From: Eledone cirrhosa
Lineage: Eukaryota
DNA: 64,000 nt
Assembly: GCA_964016885.1 (NCBI GenBank)
Contig: CAXHJY010001599.1
Location: forward strand, 16,096 to 80,095
Reading direction: 5' to 3'
Below, piece after piece: positions 27,686 through 40,826 of the stretch. A program made the translations under genes and the position numbers. Position 1 is the first letter of the stretch. The number at the start of each line of letters is the position of its first letter. The notes beneath the pieces were generated by a model that saw only the letters and a list, made by a program, of their open reading frames with translations, had not been told where the DNA came from and did no database searches.

Positions 27686-27889
27686 AAGTCGATTAAATAA
27701 TAATTATAATAATAAAGATGAGGATGATAAAAACTGTTCGCCACAATACCGATAGATGAAGAGACATCACGTCCTTGTGATAAAGAGATATCACAAGAAC
27801 GTGGTGGGATTTTACATGGAACGTGAGAAAACAGACTTGGAAAACAGCATTAAAGTAAATGAAATAAAACGTTCAAATAGACTAACAGT

Positions 27890-28420
27890 TACCTATGGCC
27901 AAGCAGGAAATGTGACAAATGGCCAATAAGAACTGCCTTCCTCCAGCTGTTTTGTGGCCTACGGGTTCATGCCATGTAGGTCCTTTCTACAACACTATTC
28001 TCACCGACTGTTCAGTAAACTAATTGGAGTGGCACACACTATCTTCCACACTCATATTCCGCTCCAGGTGGGTCTTGAGGGATGTGATGAAAAATGTATC
28101 GAAGAGAAATTGTCTGTGCCCAGCCTTTTCAATCGACGATATCTCTACATGATCTGATATCATTCTAATTATCCACAAACACATTGGAGTGGGGTGTTCC
28201 AAAGATTGCTTCTAAATGCCTGACGAAGTAAGTTTTTTCTGGGACATGGAGGATCTGTAATCTTTAATCCTTCGGCTATTGTGCATTTCTCAGTAGAACC
28301 ATTGATTTACTATCTGGATCGGATAACCGAAATGTCTACTCAATCCAGGCCAACCGAATGAGCTGTGAACTTTATAATCAGCCAGAAAGATCACCAGGGG
28401 TGAGTTTTGAAGTCTCTCGT
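27890..28420 (-). pseudogene. Decayed non-LTR (RTE-like) 3' fragment
   Basis: Higher-complexity block with broken minus-strand coding fragments; family assignment weak. Confidence 0.3.
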
Positions 28421-28504
28421 CTTGCTCACCATTACTACATCTATACTGAGTGCCGTAAGATCGTTCACCAAAACATCCTTAGTTCCAAACCTAGCACAGT
28501 CTAC

Positions 28505-28561
<57 letters not shown>

Positions 28562-28572
28562 ATATATATATA

Positions 28573-28960
28573 TCCTCTGAGACTGAAGACTTTGCCTGAG
28601 AAATGTTTGGGTGAATCTAAATACTTTGTTCAGAAGATCGGATAATTCGACTTTTGTAGGGTCCTCGAAAATCCCTCTAAGAGTTCTCTGTTCATCGCCT
28701 TGTTTTGTGGTTTTTCGACAGAGATTTTTTGTTGCTACTTTTGTTTATCTCAAACAGATTTTCGTTTTGAGGTGTTAAATTGTAACAGTCTCTACTTAAG
28801 GATCTGTTTGTTTTATTTTCACTTGAGCGTTTATCTTTTTCGAATTATATTTATCTTCTATTTTTAAATTGTCTGTTCTAAGATTAAATGATTGCTTTCT
28901 TTTATGGGGTGTCGTATTTAGTGTTTTCTTTTTTCTTATTACAAATGCTTACTTCTCTTC
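28573..28960 (-). mobile_element. Dispersed repeat ending at (TA)n, possibly Penelope-like; second copy at 25411-25590
   Basis: CCTCTGAGACTGAAGACTTT...GTAGGGTCCTCGAAAATCCC shared; both copies abut TA repeats. Confidence 0.6.
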
Positions 28961-29552
28961 TAATAGAGGAAGCCACATTAAATAACATTATAGTAAACAC
29001 AAGTAAACTCTAGAAAAATATCAAATTGTGTTTAAAAAAAGACCTCTTTATCAAACGTGCCGATATTTTTTTGTATTGCTGTTGGTTCTATTGCTATTGC
29101 TGATGTTGTTGCAGTATAGAAAAAGGCAGCAAAGTGGATTGCACAATCTCCTAATTTGCCAGAGGACAGAAACTACTGAAGTGATTTATGCTGACACAGG
29201 TGTGCAGCTCTTAGGCGTCTTTACTTCTACTAATACACCTGTAAAGAAGATGAAATCAAAGAAATTTTCCCTAATTGTAGGTGTTGGTAACATCTATATC
29301 TCCAGGGTGATTTCTGAAGATGGATATGGAGCCGGCAATTTCCTAAGAGTTTTCTACAACCGCCACCAATGTCATTGTTATCTGGATTTATTACGTCTCA
29401 GTCCAAAAATAGCTCTACTAGATATTATCCACATCCTACGCAAGTCACTTTCAATTTAACAGCACAACTGAAACGGTACAATCTCTGCACACAACAGAGA
29501 AAATATACAATAACCATCCAATAAAATAACCCACACAACATATACTCTACAC

Positions 29553-30415
29553 CAGAGGTCCTCAAACTATTGCCCCCCCCCCTCCCTCTATTTCCAGAGA
29601 GCCCTGCCTACACACAAACTGTAAATAATATATAATAAATAAAATCGTTCATTTATATATAATAAATAAACCGACACTTTCTGCAGCCGCAACCTGGTGC
29701 AGTCTGCGACTGACCCAGGTTCTGCTGCTCGTCGGGCTGAGGGGGCCAAACTCCTCAAATACCGGTCACTCTCCGACAGGTTTGCGGTCGTACCCCTGGC
29801 AGTGGAGACTTCTGGTGTCCTCGGCGCCAGGGCTACCTCCTTACTCACTACCATAGGCAGCTGAGCTGGCCAGCCGCAGGTGTGAGCCCCGCGAGTTGGA
29901 GTGGCTCTTCCAGCGCGCGTCTCCCTCACCGTCCTCCGGGGAAACGCCTTTTTCATTCTGTCCGCCGAGGCTTGCGTGGGCCCCATCGCGTACCGTTGTA
30001 GTTGTTGTAGAAGAAACAGGAAGACAACAACTGAAAAATTTGATTTTCTAGAACTTGATGTTTGCTTAGTATTTCGATGGTCCAGATATTTTGTAGGGCA
30101 GTTTCTAAGATCATACATACCTTTTTTGTATAGAGATAAAATCAAAATGGAAGTTTTCTGTCTGAATAAATATGATTATTGATTCATATATACTATGTAT
30201 AGAAAAATAAATATACAATTTTTATTTAACTATATTTATATGTAGAATGTATCATTTGATACTTAATATACTATTATATCATATATATATATACAATACT
30301 ATAATAATATTATAAATAATAAATTCATAGTGCCCCACCACCTCCTTAAGCCCAAGTGGCCACTGGACCTTCTCAACGTCCCCCAGGGGCGGTAGCGCCC
30401 ATTTTGAAAGCTCTG
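29553..30415. mobile_element. hAT-like non-autonomous element containing a LINE fragment
   Basis: Ends CAGAGGTCCTCAAA / TTTGAAAGCTCTG, degenerate 8-bp TSD CTCTACAC / CTATACCC, GC-rich subterminal CCCCAGGGGCGGTAGCGCCC. Confidence 0.55.
29673..29975 (+). pseudogene. CRE-clade non-LTR retrotransposon C-terminal restriction-like endonuclease fragment
   Basis: Translates DTFCSRNLVQSATDPGSAARRAEGAKLLKYRSLSDRFAVVPLAVETSGVLGARATSLLTTIG...EPRELEWLFQR/VSLTVLRGNAFFIL, the typical CRE C-terminus; frameshifted. Confidence 0.8.
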
Positions 30416-30569
30416 CTATACCCGATCACAACACAAGACTTCTACATAATTGATATCACCATATTAACATCAATGTAAAATATCCCCACCTGACACTGAA
30501 ACACATAACACTAATTACACAGCATATACAAAAGATATCCACCGCCTAACAAAATATAAGTTCACGTTG

Positions 30570-30790
30570 TACGAGAGTCAGCTGAAACGTTTATAGGCTG
30601 ACCATGAAGGACTGATGCTAGAGCTGTAAAATCAATTCATAAAGAAACATTGCAGTTATTAATAAAAAGAGTTGAAATCAATTTCAACTCTCTTTATTAA
30701 TAACTGCATTATTTCTTTCCGGGGATTGTGTAGAAAAATAAACGTGGTATGGTCAATCTATGAGAGTATCTTGGTCAGCCGACCCTTGTA
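30570..30790. mobile_element. mariner-derived MITE related to the 40.8-kb mariner
   Basis: TA|CGAGAGTCAGCTGA ... TCAGCCGACCCTTG|TA; internal ATGAAGGA.TGATGCTAG and AATTTCAACTCT..TTATTAATAACT shared with 40827-40920. Confidence 0.75.
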
Positions 30791-30893
30791 CATGCACTAC
30801 TCAACAGAATAGATGCCAAAATAGCACTAGATATAAGAAACCATCCCACATATCAAACATACACACCATACATACATACATACATACATACAT

Positions 30894-31404
30894 GGTGGCT
30901 GCCAACTCGTTTTCGAGTACGGCCACTACTTTATATCCATGTAGGAGAACCCCTACCGATGCGCTGAATGAGTGTGACTTTTTAGTCCAGCCAGCGACTT
31001 GAAAACTCTGGTACAAACACTACACTTGTGACAATTATTGACACATAGTGCTGGGCCCATGGTACCATGTGACGACAAGTGCAGAGAGATCTCCAGATAT
31101 AAAGCAATGCCTGTGTCATGAAGCTTTTATAGTGAGCAAAGGCACTGCACAAAGCCAGTCCCACTCTCTTAACCAAGATGATATTTACCAAAAAGAAGAA
31201 CAAGTCAACATCATTGGATACCATCAGGGTTGCAGGTGTTATATCAGAGTTTTCCTTCTCCTAGAATTCTGCCTTAACAAAGGCTAAGGGGTCATCTCTC
31301 CCGGTGATTTTGGATGGCCATTGACTCTTAAGAGCTCCTTTGCTCCTTCACCCTCCTCACCAAAAAACCTTGGTGGGGTTGCCAGTTTAGTCGCCAACGA
31401 CCCG
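30894..31404 (-). mobile_element. Short non-autonomous RTE-related retroposon flanked by a long direct repeat
   Basis: 5' end GTCGGGTCGTTGGCGACTAAACTGGCAACCCC and CTAGGAGAAGGAAAACTCTGA resemble RTE 5' regions; (ATGT)n tail; direct repeat 30799-30867 / 31405-31473. Confidence 0.6.
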
Positions 31405-31498
31405 ACTCAACAGAATAGATGCCAAAATAGCACTAGATGTAAGAAACCAACCCACATATCAAACATACATACCATACATACATACATACATACATACA

Positions 31499-31527
<29 letters not shown>

Positions 31528-31529
<2 letters not shown>

Positions 31530-34500
31530 GCATAATGGCGACCGTTGTGGTCAGTGTCCGATAATCGGACGTGTGTAATTACGGCTTACATGAAGGCAAC
31601 ATACCATATATTGGAAAAAGTTGAGCTACATTACGCGGTAAGATTACATACAATAATTCTACATAAGTGTTTGAACTGTAAGTGTGTTGTAAAACACCTA
31701 TTTATATGAACGATACATACATTTATGATATATGAACGATACATACACTTTAACATATAAATGGAACGTTGTTATATTACATTTATAAAGAAATATACAA
31801 GTAAGTTTTCGATTCAGAAACAAAAACATAAGTGTTTGAACTGTGAATATGTTGTGAATAAGTTGTAGAACACCTATTTATATGAATGATACATAAACTT
31901 TAACATATAAATACAGCGTTGTTATATTATATTACATTCATAAAGAAATATACTAAGTAACGGTTCTTTTTGTTCTCGATTCAAACGATTCAAGAACAAC
32001 GTTTAAAACACAGTTGTAGAATTAAAAACTAACTGAAAAGAAATATTACCCAAGCTGTGAATAACTTTAAATTTGATTCTGACAGAACTTTGTCGAAACT
32101 TTTAAAGAAGATCATCGACTATTTTGAAAAATAAATACGAAATATTAGTGAATAGACGAACTCATCATGGCAAAAAGTACAAGTCTCCTTCGACCAAATC
32201 GCAACTACAACCGTTGCATACAGTGGAGCTACGAGCTTAACAAAGAATTATATGAAGCATACAAACAATCTGAACCCCAAAAGTTCGGTTTTATGCAAAG
32301 GCTAAAAACTTTATGGAACTCCAAACACCCAGAATTAGACTTTTCTCCAAAGCATTTAAATGAACAGGCAAAACGTATCATTAGATGTAAATTGATACAT
32401 CTAACGGAATTGAGTGATACTACAAATACAGCCCTTGTAGACAACGACCCCACCTCCACTGACAGACAAAGAGAATGGCCAGCTAAATCTAACAGTGAAC
32501 AGCTCACCAACAATTTTGCTGAAATCCATCCCACTTCCACTGAAGAACAGCGAGAAAGGTCAGCTAACTTTAGTAGTAATTGTCACCACATCAACAACGA
32601 GGCTGAAATTCATGACTCTACTGAATAAACAGAACACCAAAAACTTGTGGACACCTTACAAGTGATATGGAACGATATGTTTCAAGAGATACACAGCCTT
32701 AATGTGAGTGACAGACCATACAACACCAGAATCAGTAAAGAACCCACTAAATTGGAATTGGAAGCGGTGAACGAAATAGCTGGCAATTATCTGAAGGCTA
32801 TACGATCTAAAGGTGTAGAAACGACATTTGAAACACTTAATATTTTGTTATATGTTTCAGCTGTCACATTGCTATCATATAACACACATCTAAAACCACG
32901 CAATCAAGATACAAACAGAAAGCCTGAACCAGCGTGGATGCTAAATTTAAAAAACAAAATTTTGTCCCTGAGACGAAATATCTCACACATCGCAGTCGTT
33001 ATGAAATGCAACATAAAGAGCAACTTCACACGACACCAGGAAGACCTAAAAAAATAGTTAGGGAGACGATTTGGAGATACAAAATTTAAAACTTTGAACT
33101 CCAAATTACACCAGTTGAAACAACAACTTACAGCTACAACAGAAAGACTAAAATATAAGTCAACAGCACATAAACGACAAGTGCTAAATAGATTGTTTGC
33201 CAGAGATCCTAAATCAGTTTATCGCAGCTTCGGTGGCAAAAGCTCAATCCCTGTAAATGACACCCCTTCAAAAGAACAGGTTGAGGGCTACTGGAGATAT
33301 GTATGGGAAACGGATGACGGATTCAACAGACAAACTAATTGGCTAAAAGAACTGGAACAGGACTACTGCCAACATGTCCAGACAAAACAATATGACATAG
33401 ATGGGTCAATACTGGAAACAGCTCTACAGAAAATGTCGAATAGGAAATCGCCAGGCCCAGACCTCATTACAGGATACTGGTTGAAGAATTTCACTTTCTA
33501 TCGGCAAGATCTCATACGGCTGTTTACAGAAACCATTAAAGGCACACAAGAACTGCCCAGATGGTTATCAACTGCCACTACTCTCCTCATTCCCCAAAAT
33601 AGCCAAACCACCCTTGCTAAAAATTACCGCCCAATAGCCTGCCAAAACATCATGTATAAATTATATACTGGGTGCCTTAACCTGTTCTTACAGGATCACT
33701 GTGCTACCAACAACATCATAACACCTGAGCAAGCTGGTGGAAAGAGGGAGGTGTGGGGTTGCATAGATCACCTACTAACTAATAAAATGATTCAGGAAAA
33801 AACCACAAAGAATCGCAGAAACATGACTGTGGTGTGGCTGGACTATCAAAAAGCATTTGATAGTGTACCTCATGGGTGGATTATTAAGGCTTTACAGTTA
33901 GCCAAAGTCCCACAACCATTGATAGCTGATGTTGAACGCCTGACCAAGAACTGGTACACCAATTTGATCCTTAGAGGTGAGAAGGAGCAAGTTAAGACTG
34001 ATAAGATACATTACCAGAAGGGCATCTTTCAGGGTGATAGCTTGTCAGTGCTACTCTTCGTTCTCTCACTGAATCCACTATCTTACCTACTCAGGAAACA
34101 AGGTGGACAAAGAAGTGGGTCCAGAAGTATCTCCCATCTTTTCTTTGTTGATGACCTGAAGTTGTATGGGCCAAATATCAATGACATCAAGAAACAATTG
34201 GACCTCATTACACAATTTTCAACCGACATCAAAATGAAATTTGGTGAGTCCAAGTGTGCATATTTGGCAGTAAAACGTGGAAGAGCTGTGCCCTCCTCTA
34301 GAAATCTAGAGATGAACGGCCTGACAATACAACCTCTACAGTCAGGTGACAACTACAGATATCTTGGACAGGATGAGAATGTCAGATATGATGGACCCAT
34401 AAATAAGGAGAGAACCAGAACCGAATACCTCAGAAGAGTAAAGAAAATATGGTCATCAGAACTGTCAGCGTACAACAAATACATTGCCCACAATACTTAT

Positions 34501-35167
34501 GCTGTGCCAATTCTAACGCCAACATTTGGCCTGCTGAACTGGTCATTGCAAGAACTAAGTGAGATGGATGTTAGAACTCGCAAACTTCTCAGTGTTACTG
34601 GGAACTTTAACATCAATGGTGATGTGGATAGGCTATACTTCTCACGCAAGGAAGGTGGCCGGGGTCTAAAATCAATATTAACAACATATGAGACCCGGAT
34701 AGTAACACTGAAGCAACACCTTCAACAGAGGAAAAAGGTTGGCAACCATCTTGCCCAGGTTTATGAGCATGAAAAAAAATATATCATTAGAATAGCGACT
34801 GATCTGGAGGAGAGATATGGAATAATGCCTGATATAAATCTCTCACCCAGAGAAATCGGAAGATCCTATTCAATGTTCAAACAAGATTTAAAAAATTGAC
34901 CAATTTACAGAAAAAGTTGTGCATGGATACTTGAGGCGTAAAACACAGACCATAGAGGGGATAAACCACTCAAAAAGCCTGGCATGGAGTTCCGACAAGT
35001 TTATGACATCACACCTTGAGGGATATCTCTATGCAATACAGGAACAAAAACTCCCTACCAAATATCTGCTGCACAAAAGAGGAGGGCCAGCAGCTGACAA
35101 TAAATGTAGGCTATGTAAAACAAAGATCGAGGATGTAAAATATACTCAAAATTAAGAAAAAGAGATA
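31528..35167 (+). mobile_element. Dong/R4 element copy 1 including putative 5' UTR and 3' terminus, bounded by (TACA)n
   Basis: (CATA)n at 31473-31527 and 35168-35192; the 5' boundary is inferred. Confidence 0.6.
32167..35136 (+). pseudogene. R4/Dong-clade non-LTR retrotransposon ORF (N-terminal domain, RT, partial zinc knuckle), copy 1
   Basis: One frame from 32167 with stops at 32626 and 33055, then RT motifs KSPGPD, NYRPIAC, EQAGG, WLDYQKAFDSVPH, GIFQGDSLS, HLFFVDDLKLY, YRYLG, GGRGL; frameshift near 34900; ends at CRLCKTKIEDV; N-terminal W..ELN..LY.AY..S.P...GFM.RL..LW...HP motif of R4/Dong. Confidence 0.92.
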
Positions 35168-35294
35168 ATACATACATACATACATACATACATATTATCA
35201 GAGCCATAAAGAAGCTGTCTTCTTCTTGGGCTACTATCCTAAAGTTAAAGACAGAGAAGGAGGACTCTATTTTCACTGATAAAATAAAATATCG

Positions 35295-36203
35295 CAGGAA
35301 ATCAACACGAAATACCTGGCTCACAAAAGAGATAGGGATTCAGGCAAAACACCTAGATGTGATAACAAGTGCAGACTCTGCAGAATTAACATTGAAGATG
35401 TCACCCATGTCATAAGCAGCTGTCCAAAGATGTCATCGTGGTACTATCTACCTACGAGGCATGATGTAGTGGCCAAAACACTGTACAATGCAATCCGTAG
35501 AAAAGATAGCCCCGATAATAAATACATTAAAAGCTACAGCAATGTGGAAGACATACATATACATAATATGAAAGAGTACAGGTGGAATATTCCAGTAAAA
35601 ACCCCAATAAAATGCAGGCATAACAGACCAGATATTATGATATTGGACAGGGAAAAGAAGGCATGTACAGTTGTGGGCGTTAGCTGTCCAGTAGATGCCA
35701 ATATAATATCAAAGATTAGCGAAAAGGAGAATATTTATGCAAAACTGATGAGAAATCTGCAGATAATCCACCCTGTTTATACCTTCAGATTTATACCTGT
35801 GATTATTGCGACACTGGGATATGTTAGTAACTGCCTCAATACAAATCTTGAGAAGCTGGGCTTCACAGGAACAAAAAGAACACAACTAGTTAGGAAATTA
35901 CAAGTACAATCCATTAATGGAACAGTAAAAATATGTAAAACATTCCAAACATTTTGCATCTAATAACTGCATATACACATGTACAGATACTAAGCATATA
36001 CACATGCACACATACAACTCAAAACATACACATCCACACATAGAATAACATCCATATCTACAAATGCATGCATGCAGAGATGGATACATATCTACCTAGT
36101 TGATGTTGTGTAAATTCCAATGAGAGAGTCTTGTGTCTATGTTAGAAACCGACTCTCCCTCTATTGGCAAAAGATTTGTGAAATTATAAAACCAGAAGAA
36201 ATA
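35295..36203 (+). mobile_element. 5'-truncated Dong/R4 element copy 2 (CCHC knuckle, REL endonuclease, 3' UTR)
   Basis: Open frame 35295-35963: QEINTKYL...CRLCRINIEDVTHVISSCP...RHD...NRPDIMI...SCP...EKENIY...FIPVIIATLG; 3' UTR ends AAGAAATA(CA)n. Confidence 0.88.
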
Positions 36204-36219
36204 CACACACACACACACA

Positions 36220-36272
<53 letters not shown>

Positions 36273-36488
36273 CTCGACTTCGAGCAGTGCCATCGCTTGA
36301 CCCTCAACCATGAGCATCACAGACGTGACCCTTCAGTCCCGCCAGGACGCCTACACCAAGCTATGCCTATACCTGAAACTTTAAAGTGAAGAAAGGTTTT
36401 GCACGGGGCCAATCCCACTCTCTGAACATCGATTACAGTTACCCCCACACACACAGATATGTGTGTGTGTGTGTATATATATATATAT

Positions 36489-36539
36489 AGAATTAGCCGT
36501 CGAAACGGTTTGAGCTCAGCCGTCGGGGTCTTACTTGTT

Positions 36540-36543
<4 letters not shown>
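36489..36543. mobile_element. Solo arm of the fold-back element, copy d
   Basis: AGAATTAGCCGTCGAAACGGTTTGAGCTCAGCCGTCGGGGTCTTACTTGTTCC between (TA)n tracts. Confidence 0.75.
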
Positions 36544-36601
<58 letters not shown>

Positions 36602-36703
36602 TAACAGATTAAAGTTTAATAAATATTTGCACTAGGGTTCTTATATATTTGATATATATTTATCCTTATCGAGCCCTCTTTGGATTTTAGTCTTCAAATT
36701 TTT

Positions 36704-36747
<44 letters not shown>

Positions 36748-37320
36748 GTTTTATTTCCGTTCGCTGTCTTGTCCTCTGTTAATTTTCTTAAGTTTATATA
36801 TATATATTCACTGTTTTGTATGCATGAATGTAATTGTATGTGTATGAATGTCGCTTTACATACACTGTGAACATATATGTACGCAAGTTTGATCGTTCAT
36901 AGATAATGTATGTAAGAGTAGTTTTATTTTCCTAGAAATTGCAAGCCCCCTAACAACGAAAGCATATCAATTATATCAATGAACAACAGAGGACGTCAAT
37001 GAAAGATGATATATACATACGTAGATACTCACATGCATAAACACATAGGTGTACGTTTCCAAGCACCAGTGCATATGTATTTATATTATATTTAGCAATT
37101 TGCAATGTTAATTCGTGCCTGCATACACGTTTTAAACCCATTCTTACTGTCAGCCATTCACTTATACTATCTCTATCATAGTTTTCGTGCCTCATTTCCT
37201 CTGTCACTCGTCCCCCTCTGTGTACATATTTTCTTACTTTCTCTCTTTTTCCTTTCTCTATAAATACGTATTCACAATTATACATTTATATATTTATTTG
37301 CATACATACATTCGTCTCTA

Positions 37321-37397
<77 letters not shown>

Positions 37398-37402
<5 letters not shown>

Positions 37403-37589
37403 AACCAGTAAGACCCCGACAGCTGAGCTCAAGCCGTTTCGACGGCTAATTCAGTCCAGAATTAGCCGTCGAAACGGCTTGAGCTCAGCTGTCGGGGTCT
37501 TACTGGTTCCTATTACCCACTCTACTACCTCAAGTATTGAGTACTTTGGTGCGTTATGGTCCACCTGGTTCCTTACCACATTTCCTTCG

Positions 37590-37590
<1 letters not shown>
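37398..37590 (+). mobile_element. TA-anchored fold-back element, copy e
   Basis: Perfect 55-bp arms 37398-37452 / 37459-37513, loop AGTCCA, then a 77-nt tail to CCTTCGT(TA)n. Confidence 0.88.
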
Positions 37591-37628
<38 letters not shown>

Positions 37629-37900
37629 TGTATATATATATATTTATATATATATTTATATATATTTATATATATATATATATATATAGTTTTGCGAGGT
37701 TTTTTATATGAAATCGTGTGTCGAAACAAATATTGTTATACTTGGGGAGGGTCATATTTGTGTAATATTGCCAGAATTAATAACAGAACACACTCACTGT
37801 TTGGTTGGTTTTCGCTTTTCGCTTCTGTGTCTTTTATATCGGTAATCTAATTTATTCTGTCCTCAATGTTGCCATTGACTGACCGACGGTCAAAAATAAT

Positions 37901-38085
37901 TGTTTCTACTTTAGGCACAAGGCCAGCAATTACCCAGTGCGTTACTGGTACTTTATTTCATCGACCCCGTAAGGATGAAAGGCAAAGTCAACCTCGGCGG
38001 GATTTGAACTCAGATCGTAAAGGGACGTAACTATGCTGTAAAGCATGGCGTCCGACCCTCTACCGATACTGCCAATCCACCGCCC
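37901..38085 (-). mobile_element. Full-length SINE with 18-bp TSD inside one arm of an inverted repeat
   Basis: TSD CCGACGGTCAAAAATAAT at 37883-37900 and 38096-38113; the empty site is present in the opposite arm (about 38333-38350). Confidence 0.93.
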
Positions 38086-38152
38086 TTAAAATCACCCGAC
38101 GGTCAAAAATAATACAGATACAATATAGACACAAACACATATATATAGTTTA

Positions 38153-38195
38153 TCAAAGTTCTTTCGTTGCACATCTGCAACATCGTCAGTGGTGC
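38153..38195 (-). ncRNA. Hammerhead-like motif in the spacer of the palindrome
   Basis: Minus strand: CCA CTGACGA T GTTGCA GATG TGCAAC GAAA GAAC TT TGA; perfect stem II, weak stem I. Confidence 0.6.
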
Positions 38196-38534
38196 TATTG
38201 TTTCCTCCCGTTACATTGTATGTCTACGCCATTTTTATTTAGTCTGTCTATATATTTATTTATTTATTTGTTTGTTTGTTTATTTTATTTTGATAAACTA
38301 TATATATGTGTTTGTGTCTATATTGTATCTGTATTATTTTTGACCTTCGGTCAGTCAATGGCAACATTGAGGACAGAATAAATTAGATTACCGATATAAA
38401 AGACACAGAAGCGAAAAGCGAAAACCAACCAAACAGTGAGTGTGTTCTGTTATTAATTCTGGCAATATTACACAAATATGTCCCTCTCCAAGTATAACAA
38501 TATATACATATATATATTTATATATATATATATT

Positions 38535-38755
<221 letters not shown>

Positions 38756-38768
38756 TTATATATATATA

Positions 38769-38945
38769 ACGAAGGAAATGTGGTAAGGAACCAGGTGGAC
38801 CATAACGCACCAAAGTACTCAATACTTGAGGTAGTAGAGTGGGTAATAGGAACCAGTAAGACCCCGACAGCTGAGCTCAAGCCGTTTCGACGGCGAATTA
38901 GCCGTCGAAACGGCTTGAGCTCAGCTGTCGGGGTCTTACTGGTTC

Positions 38946-38949
<4 letters not shown>
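38769..38949 (-). mobile_element. TA-anchored fold-back element, copy f
   Basis: Body identical to copy e, opposite orientation, different loop junction. Confidence 0.88.
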
Positions 38950-39030
<81 letters not shown>

Positions 39031-39790
39031 TATATATATATATTGCTATCTGTCTGTCCATCTATCTATATATATAATTGTTTCATTTATTGGCCACAAG
39101 GGCCGATATATATATATATATATATACACATACACACACTTCTCCGTATAAGACAAGAGCTGAAAAATATCTTTTAACATGTTAAAATATCCCCCACACA
39201 CGTACAGACACATTCCTACTGACCATCCCTCTACCACGAATTACTCTGCTACACACACACACACACACACTTGTCTTAATAGGCATTTGAACTGTCAACA
39301 GGCTGCGGTTCGCGCACACATCCCTGCTGACCGTTATCACAACAACGAACCTCTTTACTACTACTACTACTACTACACACACACACGCACATATTTGTCT
39401 TGAAAGACTTAGTTTTCAGTGACTTCTCAATCAGCCGAGACAAACCTAGATTTGGCGCAAAATCAATTTTTAACATTCACATGACCTCTACCGACCAATC
39501 AAAATTGTTTTGACCACAAGAATTTTTTCATACATCTGGAGCCACTTTTTTTTACATAAAACAGGTAGAATTTCCAAAACTAATCAGATTAGAGCAAACA
39601 TCACGGGCGCTCTATCTCAAAATTATTTTTGAAAAGCATTAGAAATGCGCAACAGGTAAAACTTAAAACCAAAACTGAATACTAACCAATACAATTACTA
39701 ATTTTTACTTATTCCTAGTTAAACTATTTTTCACTGGGAACAATTTGTCAGCATTTTCTTTTCCTTTGACCAATATATATATATATATAT

Positions 39791-40190
<400 letters not shown>

Positions 40191-40826
40191 CCTTTACCCT
40201 GACTAAAAAGTAGACATTATTTTCTTTTGAAACTGTATCAATCTTACCCGCCTCTATAATCCGCAGCTCGGCGGAGCCTTTAAAATGCTAGTAGAAAATG
40301 AATACGATATATATATATATACACGCGTGTGTATGTGTGTCTATGGAGTGTGTGTAAGTATGTGTGTGTGGTGTGTACATGCACAGAGAAAGAGAGGGGG
40401 AAGGAATGTGAAGGACAAAAAAGTGATAGGTCATTCACATAACTTGGTACACTGAATATTGTCACAGAGAATCATTTCTTCTTTACTACATGTTTTTTCT
40501 TCTTTCTCCCTCTTCGCTTCTTTTCTTCTTGATAATTTTCTCCCACACATGTATCCCCCTTCTTCTGCTGTACTCTTACGATATTTGCTTTTGATTTAAT
40601 AACTCTTTAGCTTCTGTGCATCTTGTTTTCATTCTGTTTTCTTTCTCACAGAATTACATCATTTTATAGCAACTTTTACGTCATTCGCGTCACATGGTTG
40701 TTTTTTTCTCCTACTGCTTTCGTCTCATACATGTAGAATAGTTTATTTCTTTTTGTTGTCAGATTGAGAAGTACTTGTTGTTGGATATAGCGTGGATGTT
40801 CGAATCCGGTTAGAGTTCTGTATTTT

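Noticed and set aside
28219-28240. CTGACGA motif (also TCATCAG near 60984)
   Set aside because: No paired stem II followed by GAAA
29588-30145. 185-aa minus-strand ORF
   Set aside because: Antisense shadow of the GC-rich plus-strand CRE fragment
32065-32110. Possible hammerhead in the Dong 5' UTR (GACAGA-loop-TTTGTC-GAAA)
   Set aside because: Lacks the CUGANGA core and a convincing stem I
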